The position numbers and the translations under genes were made by a program. From an uncultured Clostridia bacterium (GTDB lineage: Bacteria > Bacillota > Clostridia > Christensenellales > Aristaeellaceae), in NCBI GenBank assembly GCA_937907055.1, contig CALCTW010000034.1:3009-35008 (forward strand): 32,000 nt of DNA, written 5' to 3'. The notes below the pieces were generated by a model, which saw only the letters and a program-made list of their open reading frames with translations, was not told the origin of the DNA and did not search any database. Below are positions 25,289 to 32,000 of this stretch, piece by piece (position 1 is the first letter of the stretch; each line of letters begins with the position of its first letter).

Positions 25289-26586
25289 TGACCCTTCAGG
25301 AGAGATTTGACGCGCGTCTGCGCAGTTTCACGGCGGGCGAACCCCGCAGGGTGCTTCTGGCAGTGAGCGGCGGCGTCGATTCGATGACGATGGCCTCCCT
25401 GTTCCACGACAGCGGGGCCGTCTCCTTTTCTGTGGCACACGTCAACTTCCGGCTCCGCGGCGCGGAAAGCGACGGCGACGAATCGCTGGTCAGGGAGTGG
25501 TGCAGTGAAAGGGGAGTGGAACTCTTTGTCAGGGAGTTCGACACCGGACGCTGGGCTGAGGAGCACTCTGTCTCCATAGAGATGGCTGCCCGTGAACTCA
25601 GATACGGCTGGTTTGAAGAACTGGCGGCTGAGAAAGGCTTTGATTTCATTGCCGTTGCCCATAACCTGAATGACCGCAGTGAAACGCTGATGCTCAATCT
25701 GCTCCGCGGCACAGGCCTCCGCGGCCTGGCGGGCATACGCTCACTGAACGGCAGGATTATCCGTCCGATGCTCGATTTCACACGCAGGGAGATAGAGCAG
25801 TATGCCGCCGCGAAGGGGATTGCATACCGGACCGACAGCACCAACAGCGACGTGACTTTCTCGCGCAACCGCTTGCGCAACAATGTCTTCCCTGAATTTG
25901 AGAAGATAAACCCGTCATTCCTGACCACTTTCCGTACGGAGATGGAGCGTTTCGCTGAGGCTGAGCAGATGATGGATGAGTTCTACAATGCCCGTGCCGG
26001 CGAGCTCTACGGCTGGAACCAGTCCGGAGCCTTCGGCATAGACATCTCCCAGCTGCAGATAGGCGGCCATCCGCGTTACTGGCTCTTCAGGATCCTTGAC
26101 CAGTTCGGTTTCAACGACGCCCAGCTTGACGGCATATACGCCTCCCTGGACTCCCAGAGCGGCAAGAGGTTCTTCTCCCCGACACACATCCTTGTCAAGG
26201 ACAGGGAGTATCTGATGGTGTACCCGCTTTCGTCGGGTGAGATTCCTGACGTTAAGATCGAGGTCCTTGATGACCTCCGCGGCTTCGATCCCCGTGCGCT
26301 GCCGGCCGGCACCCTGTGCGTTGACTCGGCTCTTGTCAATCTTCCTCTCGGATTCCGCCACCCACGTCCTGGTGACCGTTTTGTGCCTTTCGGAATGAAG
26401 GGCTCCAAGCTGTTGAGCGACTATTTCACTGACCTGAAGCTGGATGTTGAACAGAAGTCCCGCGAGGTGGTTGTGACCACAAAGAAAGACGGCGCCGAGG
26501 TCATCGTCGCCGTCCTCGGCCGCCGTATCGACGACCGCTTCAAAGTGTCGGCAGCTACCGTTTCGGCGCTGCTTCTATCTCGGTAG
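25288..26586 (+). CDS. tilS: tRNA(Ile)-lysidine synthetase
   Basis: PP-loop motif AVSGGVDS, and AHNLNDRSETLMLNLLRGTG, typical of TilS. The ATG overlaps the upstream stop (TAATG). Confidence 0.9.
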   Translation: MTLQERFDARLRSFTAGEPRRVLLAVSGGVDSMTMASLFHDSGAVSFSVAHVNFRLRGAESDGDESLVREWCSERGVELFVREFDTGRWAEEHSVSIEMAARELRYGWFEELAAEKGFDFIAVAHNLNDRSETLMLNLLRGTGLRGLAGIRSLNGRIIRPMLDFTRREIEQYAAAKGIAYRTDSTNSDVTFSRNRLRNNVFPEFEKINPSFLTTFRTEMERFAEAEQMMDEFYNARAGELYGWNQSGAFGIDISQLQIGGHPRYWLFRILDQFGFNDAQLDGIYASLDSQSGKRFFSPTHILVKDREYLMVYPLSSGEIPDVKIEVLDDLRGFDPRALPAGTLCVDSALVNLPLGFRHPRPGDRFVPFGMKGSKLLSDYFTDLKLDVEQKSREVVVTTKKDGAEVIVAVLGRRIDDRFKVSAATVSALLLSR

Positions 26587-26878
26587 CCTCGAATCCGATC
26601 CTGTTGATTGCTGCGGCAAGCTTTTCCTTGTCGGTCTTTGACGCATCATACTTGATCCAGACAGTCTTGTCTGCGAGAGTGACTTTCATGTCCTTGATGC
26701 CCTTCTCGTCAGGGAGCTTCGCCTCGACCTTCTTGACGCAGTTCTTGCAGTCAATCGAGGTTACGAAGGTGACTTCCTGATACTTGGACTCTTTTTTCCT
26801 CCTGTTCTGAGCGTCGGCGCTGAATGCGAAGCTGCCCACGAGCAGAAGAGCTGTCAAAAGTGTGAGAAAACGTTTCAT
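26555..26878 (-). CDS. Heavy-metal-associated (HMA) domain protein with signal peptide
   Basis: MKRFLTLLTALLLVGSFAFSA signal peptide, then the HMA-like fold motif VTSIDCKNCVKKVE (CxxC). The start was set at 26878, not the longer track ORF. Confidence 0.8.
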   Translation of the reverse strand: MKRFLTLLTALLLVGSFAFSADAQNRRKKESKYQEVTFVTSIDCKNCVKKVEAKLPDEKGIKDMKVTLADKTVWIKYDASKTDKEKLAAAINRIGFEATEIEAAPKR

Positions 26879-26906
26879 AGCGGTGTATGTTTTTTGAATG
26901 TTGCTG

Positions 26907-29147
26907 TTATTTCCAAAGAGTGTACCGAAGTCCTGCATAGAACTTCGCCCCCATAAGAGGCCCCCATACGTTGCTGGCGTCGAACGAGTATGTGAAAGGG
27001 GAATTCCATCCGATGATGGCTTCCTTCTGGCGGAATCCGCCGAGGTTCTCGCCTCCGATATAGACATCGATGCCGCCCCTGAACTTGTGGGTCACCTGGG
27101 CGTAGAACATAGGGTATACAGGTGAACGGTCCATCCCCCAGGCCATGCGTGCTGCTCCGTTGAGCTTCATCGGGCCGTTGACCTGGGCTGTGAAGTCGAA
27201 CACCCATTTGCTCATTGGCGTGGAGTACTGCAGATTGAGCACTCCCTTGCAGCGGCTGGTCATCGGGCGTTCCTGCAGGCCGGCGCCGAGGTATGTCGCC
27301 TTTGCATCGGTGTAGCGGAATGTTGCAATGATGTTGAACCTCTCGAAAGGGTCGACTGAGAAGTCGGCCTGGTAAGTGTTCGTATAGGATTGCGCCCCTT
27401 CGCCCAGGCTGTCCATATCGTAGAAGAGCACTGTTCCCGTGATGCGGTCAGGGTCAACGGTCACCTGGTGGTTGAAGTCGTTGCGGAAGTAGTCGAAACT
27501 GAGATAGGTGTCTGAGTCCTCTGCTCCGAACGGGAGGTAGAAAGTGGCGTTTGCACCGAAGGTCCAGGCATCCTCCAGAAGGTTGAGGTCACGGGCGACG
27601 GACAGCATGTACCCTGTTGACATCACTCCGAGGTTGTCTGTGATGAGGTCGGCTGTGCGGTATCCGCGTCCGCCGAGGGCCCTCAGGACAATGTTCTCGG
27701 TAAGTGACCATTTGAGGTTCGCCCTCGGGGCGAAGAGCCAGCCGTGGACAGAGTTGTGCTCGAGGTTGAGGCCGCCTACGAATGTGAGCCTGTCATCCAG
27801 GGTGAAAGTGTATTCCCCGAATGCGGCAACTGAAGTCTCTTTTCTGCTGAGGTCAAGGTCAGGCAGGACTGGGTGTGCTGCAATCTGGTCGATGTCGTCG
27901 TGTTTGAACGTGAGTCCGAACTCCACTTTGTGCAGGCTGCTGATCTCGTTCTGGTATATGAGGTTTGCGAATGCGGAGTTCTGGGTGCCGTTGAAAGTCT
28001 TCTCTCCGAAGAAGGAGTCGAATTCGTGGTGGTTGAAGTCCGCCACAAGGGCTATGTTGGCTGAGTTCTCCTCATTGAGGGGAATGCCAATCTTGAAATA
28101 AGGGTTGACGCCCCTGTTCCGGATACTGGTCCCCCATATGGATTTCTGGAGATTGAAGCCGTTGTCCCTTGTCGCGTCCATCTGTCCGCCGAGGCGGTCG
28201 TCATTGATGAACCGCGCGCCGAAACGGATCTGCATCCCGCTCGGAGCATAGTACAGCCAGCGGGAGGTGAAGTTGAACTGGAGGTTCTCAGGCTCGTCGC
28301 GGAATCCGTCACTGTTGTGGTCCATACGGGAGGCGGTGCCGCCCACGTGGCCCATATTGATCATACTCCACTTTTCATTGAACTGGATGGCGGAGGCGAT
28401 ATTCGCCTCATACATCCTGTCGAGGCTGCCGTAGAGCTGGACGAAGAGCGGTGTCTCATCGGTCGGCTTGCGGTGCTCCATATTGATCTGGCCAGTGATG
28501 GCCTCGAGGCCGTTGATGACTGAAGACGGACCTTTTGCGATCTGGATGCTCTCGAGCCACTGCCCTGGGATGAACGAAAGGCCGAAAGGGCTTGCGAGAC
28601 CGCGCATCACAGGCCTGTTCTCATCGAGCATCTGGGTGTAGGTGCCAGAGAGACCGAGGAGCTTGATCTGGCGTGCGCCTGTGACAGCGTCGGAGAAACC
28701 GACAGTGACGCTGGCGGAGTTCTCAAAGCTCTCTGCCAGGGCGCAGCAGGCCATCTTGCACAGCCCGGCGGAAGTGATGACTTCAGTCCTTACGGGATTG
28801 AGTTTGGAAAGTCCTGCCTGGCGGCCTGTCACAACGCTCTCGTCAAGGCCGTTCTCGCCTGTGAGATAGAAACTTGCGCTGGCTGTGCCCGGCTCTACGA
28901 CGACAGTGTCGCGGGTGTAGCCCACATAGGTGGCGACAAGCGTGGCGGTCTGCTTGATGTCGAGGGTGAAGCGGCCGTTCTCATCGGTCTCTATCATCTT
29001 CGATTTCTCCAGATGGAACACCTGTGCGAAAGGCAGCGGCTCTGTCTGTCCGGAGGCTCTTTTATAGAATACGCTTCCCTGGAATGACTGTGCGGGAAGA
29101 AGCGTTGCGAATGCTGTGAATAGTAAAAGAAATGCTGTTTTTTTCAT
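26907..29147 (-). CDS. TonB-dependent receptor with an N-terminal carboxypeptidase-regulatory-like domain
   Basis: A signal peptide, a CarbopepD_reg-like segment (GSVFY...ETDENGRFTLD), plug-domain motifs, and a C-terminal barrel ending in ...GLRYTLWK. Confidence 0.92.
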   Translation of the reverse strand: MKKTAFLLLFTAFATLLPAQSFQGSVFYKRASGQTEPLPFAQVFHLEKSKMIETDENGRFTLDIKQTATLVATYVGYTRDTVVVEPGTASASFYLTGENGLDESVVTGRQAGLSKLNPVRTEVITSAGLCKMACCALAESFENSASVTVGFSDAVTGARQIKLLGLSGTYTQMLDENRPVMRGLASPFGLSFIPGQWLESIQIAKGPSSVINGLEAITGQINMEHRKPTDETPLFVQLYGSLDRMYEANIASAIQFNEKWSMINMGHVGGTASRMDHNSDGFRDEPENLQFNFTSRWLYYAPSGMQIRFGARFINDDRLGGQMDATRDNGFNLQKSIWGTSIRNRGVNPYFKIGIPLNEENSANIALVADFNHHEFDSFFGEKTFNGTQNSAFANLIYQNEISSLHKVEFGLTFKHDDIDQIAAHPVLPDLDLSRKETSVAAFGEYTFTLDDRLTFVGGLNLEHNSVHGWLFAPRANLKWSLTENIVLRALGGRGYRTADLITDNLGVMSTGYMLSVARDLNLLEDAWTFGANATFYLPFGAEDSDTYLSFDYFRNDFNHQVTVDPDRITGTVLFYDMDSLGEGAQSYTNTYQADFSVDPFERFNIIATFRYTDAKATYLGAGLQERPMTSRCKGVLNLQYSTPMSKWVFDFTAQVNGPMKLNGAARMAWGMDRSPVYPMFYAQVTHKFRGGIDVYIGGENLGGFRQKEAIIGWNSPFTYSFDASNVWGPLMGAKFYAGLRYTLWK

Positions 29148-29197
29148 TTTGTCTGGTTATGGTTGTGTTGTCCGGTATCTTGGGGGATATCGGAAAA

Positions 29198-29596
29198 TCA
29201 CAGCCTCCAGACAGAAATGAGGGCCCTCGGTATGCCGGGCGGGATGCCGGTGAAGAGGGATGGCGCGGCGGAGCGGCAGGATGCTGCAGCCGGTGCGGCT
29301 GCAAGCGGCTGGCTCAGCGCTGCGGAGAGGACGGGCACGATGTGGGTCTGGCTTCCGGTGTCGGAGTCCTGAGCGTCGGTGATGACGAGGATCTCAGTTG
29401 TGCAGCAGCCGGCGTGGTGATGGTGCTCATCCTCGTGGTGATGGTGGTGGACCGACTCGCAGGAGATGTCTCCGGCGAGAAGCACAAGATGGGAGACTCC
29501 CTCCTCGCTGCAGTTATGGATGCCAATGCCCATATACGAAAGGATATATGTGCACAGGAGCGCGATGCAGGATATGTGCCTCAGGAAGCCGGTCAT
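29198..29596 (-). CDS. Small His-rich membrane/secreted protein, possibly HYC_CC_PP family
   Basis: The hydrophobic N-terminus MTGFLRHISCIALLCTYILSYMGIGIHNC, a HHHHHEDEHHHHAGCC block and a C-terminal IPPGIP match the order of the H-x-C, CC and PP motifs. It sits directly upstream of the TonB-dependent receptor. The start (29596 or 29638) is uncertain. Confidence 0.5.
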   Translation of the reverse strand: MTGFLRHISCIALLCTYILSYMGIGIHNCSEEGVSHLVLLAGDISCESVHHHHHEDEHHHHAGCCTTEILVITDAQDSDTGSQTHIVPVLSAALSQPLAAAPAAASCRSAAPSLFTGIPPGIPRALISVWRL

Positions 29597-29620
29597 ACCG
29601 CAAAATAACAATAAAATTGT

Positions 29621-29628
29621 TATATTTG
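29621..29628 (+). promoter_or_regulatory. Bacteroidota-type -7 promoter element (TAnnTTTG) upstream of sppA
   Basis: TATATTTG lies 37 nt upstream of the sppA ATG. I saw no clear -33 element. Confidence 0.35.
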
Positions 29629-29664
29629 CAAAATTCATTTGAACACAATCAAAATAGACAGACA

Positions 29665-31434
29665 ATGAAAATATTCTGGAAAACCGTTTTCGGTTCATTC
29701 ATCGGCGCGCTTCTGGCCATGCTGGTGATGACTCTGCTCACCTTTGGCATCATCGGCTCTATTGCCTCTTCGGGCAGCAAAGAGACCTCCACGGCAGTGG
29801 CTCCTAACTCTGTACTGAAGATTGACCTTTCGAAAGGTTTCTCGGAGAAGGGCGGAGAGTCTTTCTCATTCGATATTATCTCCGGCACTCCGTCAATGGG
29901 TTCGACGATGCCTCTGAACAATGCTGTGAAGGCCATCAAGGCTGCGGCCTCTGACCCTGCTGTCAGCCTGGTCTATATCACTCCTGCCCCTGCTGCGTCT
30001 CTTACTGTCAGCCAGATCGAGGAGCTGCGTGCGGCACTCTCATCCTTCCGCGAGAGCGGCAAGCCGGTGGTGGCATACTGCAGCTCGATGACAACCGGTC
30101 TTTACTATCTCGTGTCTGTCGCTGACAAGGTTATTCTGAACACATATGGCGACTGCATGTTCAGCGGCCTGAGCTCCACGATGTTCTATTACAAGGACCT
30201 GATCGACAAGCTCGGAGTCGATGTCCAGCTTATCCGCCACGGCAAGTACAAATCAGCTGGCGAACCGTATATCAAGAGCGAGATGAGCGCCGAGAACCGC
30301 GAACAGTACGAGGTTATGCTCGGCACTATCTGGAACACGATGGCCGAGACCATCGCTTCATCCCGCGACTTCTCAGCCGAGGATCTGAACAGCTGGATTG
30401 ACAACCTTGCTATCGAATCCGCTGAGGATGCGAAGGCAAAGGGCATTGTCGACGAGCTCTGGTATGACGACCAGGTGGAGGAGTACCTCTGCTCGCTCGT
30501 CGGTGTGGAGAAATACAAGGATGTGAAGAGCATCTCCCTTCAGAAATATGCCGCATCAAAGGTAAAGCCTGACTTCCGCGCAAAGGACAAGATCGCTGTG
30601 ATCTATGCTGACGGAGAGATTGTGATGGGCGACAAGAGCGATGGCCAGATCGGAGACAATTTCGCGAAGGAGATCGCCAAGGCGCGTGCCGACAGCTCTG
30701 TCAAGGCAGTCGTCTTCAGGGTCAACAGCCCGGGCGGAAGCGTTCAGGCATCAGCAATCATCGAGCGCGAGATCGAGCTCCTCAAGGCTGAGAAGCCTGT
30801 TATTGCAAGCTACGGTGACTATGCCGCCTCCGGCGGATACTGGATCAGCTGCAACTGCGACAGGATATTCTCCAACAGGACCACTCTCACCGGCTCCATC
30901 GGAGTCTTCGGATTGATTCCGAGCTTCGGCAAGGCCATCAAGAAGAACCTCCATCTCAACACATTCGAAGTCTCGACCCACAAGCACGGAAATATGGGAG
31001 ATATGATCAACCCTCTCGATGCTGACGAAGTTGCCTGGATGCAGAATTCCATCGAGACTGTCTACGATGATTTCACATCAAGGGTTGCAAACGCCCGCCA
31101 GAAGTCTCAGGAGAGCGTCGACTCAATCGCGCAGGGCCGCGTCTGGGCAGGTGGTGATGCCATCGTCATCGGTCTCGTCGACCAGCTCGGCGGCCTGGAG
31201 GATGCCATTGAATATGCAGCGGATGCAGTTGGTCTTGAACACTATCAGCTCGTTACATACCCTGCTCCGAAGACCACTTTCGAGAAACTTATGGAATCAA
31301 TGAACGAAACAGAGGTTTCAGCGGCTGCCGGCACCCCTGAGGCTGTGGCTGAAAGGGCGAGCGGGAGAATCCTCGGCCTGAAGGGCTCAGAGACCTTCGC
31401 CCTTATGCCTGAAATCTGTGTAAAATGTAAATAA
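29665..31434 (+). CDS. sppA: Signal peptide peptidase SppA, 67K type (two S49 domains)
   Basis: An N-terminal TM segment (FGSFIGALLAMLVMTLL), tandem S49 domains, and the catalytic-region motif YAASGGYWIS. Confidence 0.9.
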   Translation: MKIFWKTVFGSFIGALLAMLVMTLLTFGIIGSIASSGSKETSTAVAPNSVLKIDLSKGFSEKGGESFSFDIISGTPSMGSTMPLNNAVKAIKAAASDPAVSLVYITPAPAASLTVSQIEELRAALSSFRESGKPVVAYCSSMTTGLYYLVSVADKVILNTYGDCMFSGLSSTMFYYKDLIDKLGVDVQLIRHGKYKSAGEPYIKSEMSAENREQYEVMLGTIWNTMAETIASSRDFSAEDLNSWIDNLAIESAEDAKAKGIVDELWYDDQVEEYLCSLVGVEKYKDVKSISLQKYAASKVKPDFRAKDKIAVIYADGEIVMGDKSDGQIGDNFAKEIAKARADSSVKAVVFRVNSPGGSVQASAIIEREIELLKAEKPVIASYGDYAASGGYWISCNCDRIFSNRTTLTGSIGVFGLIPSFGKAIKKNLHLNTFEVSTHKHGNMGDMINPLDADEVAWMQNSIETVYDDFTSRVANARQKSQESVDSIAQGRVWAGGDAIVIGLVDQLGGLEDAIEYAADAVGLEHYQLVTYPAPKTTFEKLMESMNETEVSAAAGTPEAVAERASGRILGLKGSETFALMPEICVKCK

Positions 31435-31442
31435 CCGGCTCA

Positions 31443-32000
31443 ATGAAAAGAATCATCATAATTGCTGTGGCCCTTCTGGCCGCTTTTTCCGCAAACGCCC
31501 AGACCTGGGTCAGAATCAATCAGGCCGGCTACCTTCCCGATGACTGCAAGGTGGCGGTCCTTATCTCGACAAATCAGACTGACGGCGAGTTCTCCGTGTG
31601 CGAGGCACTCTCCGGAAAGGTGGTCTTCAAGAGCACTGGCGTCCCTGCCAACCCTTCAAAATGGGCTCTCAAGAGCGCCTGGAGACTCAATTTCTCAAGC
31701 GTGAAGACCCCGGGCAGCTATTATATCGTGTCGAACGGCGTGGAGTCTCCAGTCTTCCGCATCGGTGCAGACGTCTATGACGGACTGGCAGACTTCCTGC
31801 TTATCTATATGCGCCAGCAGCGCTGCGGCGACAACCCTTACACAGGTGAGCTCTGCCATCAGCACGACGGCTATATCGTGGACCACCCGACCCGCACCGG
31901 CGAGCATATCGACGTGACCGGCGGCTGGCACGATGCAACCGACTACCTCCAGTATATGACCACCTCTTCCACGACCATCTACCATATGGCATTCGCGTGG
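31443..32000 (+). CDS. Glycoside hydrolase family 9 protein, N-terminal part (3' end outside window)
   Basis: Not in the ORF track because it has no stop within the window. ATG 31443 is in frame to base 32000 (186 codons). Signal peptide MKRIIIIAVALLAAFSANA, an Ig-like CelD_N-type segment, then DVTGGWHDATDYLQY, which resembles the GH9 GGW(Y/H)DAGD motif. Confidence 0.75.
   Translation, partial: MKRIIIIAVALLAAFSANAQTWVRINQAGYLPDDCKVAVLISTNQTDGEFSVCEALSGKVVFKSTGVPANPSKWALKSAWRLNFSSVKTPGSYYIVSNGVESPVFRIGADVYDGLADFLLIYMRQQRCGDNPYTGELCHQHDGYIVDHPTRTGEHIDVTGGWHDATDYLQYMTTSSTTIYHMAFAW

Noticed and set aside
25296-26408. Minus-strand ORFs (25296-25928, 25915-26361, 26076-26408) opposite tilS
   Set aside because: They are antisense to a TilS gene with a PP-loop motif and have no recognisable features.
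29132-29608. 158 aa plus-strand ORF opposite the His-rich small protein
   Set aside because: The minus-strand reading gives a coherent signal-like N-terminus, a His/Cys block and operon linkage to the receptor. The plus-strand product is Gly/Arg/Asp-rich with no start context.
31462-31704. 80 aa plus-strand ORF from the track at the right end
   Set aside because: It is out of frame within the GH9 gene, which starts at 31443 and stays open to the window end.
1-32000. CRISPR arrays, rRNA or tRNA genes, IS elements or integrases anywhere in the window
   Set aside because: Reading both strands, I saw no regularly spaced repeat-spacer array, no cloverleaf-like or rRNA-like conserved segments, and no transposase or recombinase-like ORF. 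tRNAscan or Infernal would be needed for certainty.

Overview
The window is a composite of three blocks that differ in composition and apparent taxonomy. Block 1 (1 to ~6.8 kb and ~10.74 to ~24.7 kb) is GC-rich, Clostridia-like housekeeping DNA with strong GGAGG-type Shine-Dalgarno sites. It encodes Nudix, class A PBP, RecG, DegV, a heterodimeric ABC exporter pair, S21, an EamA transporter, and a long minus-strand operon (VanW, HD, TetR, M20 peptidase, Fe-S aldo/keto reductase, UPF0489). Block 2 (~6.83-10.73 kb) is a visibly AT-richer ~3.9 kb islet sitting between two intrinsic terminators, with no integrase or transposase. It carries a consensus TTGACA-17-TATAAT promoter, an XRE/HigA-type HTH fused to an ImmA/IrrE (HEIGH) metallopeptidase domain, and a repeat-rich control region. 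These are followed by a tightly coupled operon of a DUF4417-like protein plus four small unrecognisable ORFs, the last one frame-disrupted. This islet is my best candidate for an undescribed conflict or defence-type system. Block 3 (~24.72-32.0 kb) is Bacteroidota-like, with no SD sequences. It encodes a DUF3078 barrel fragment, TilS, an operon of a His-rich small protein, a TonB-dependent receptor and an HMA protein, then SppA and a GH9 N-terminus. Blocks 1 and 3 meet inside one open reading frame (truncated MFS transporter fused in frame to a DUF3078 C-terminus), which most likely reflects a chimeric or artificial join. I also predict a leader-peptide/terminator attenuator upstream of the ABC exporter pair, resembling BmrB-BmrCD. 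I saw no rRNA, tRNA or CRISPR array. All calls come from reading the sequence and recalling motifs. No database search or computed statistic was available.
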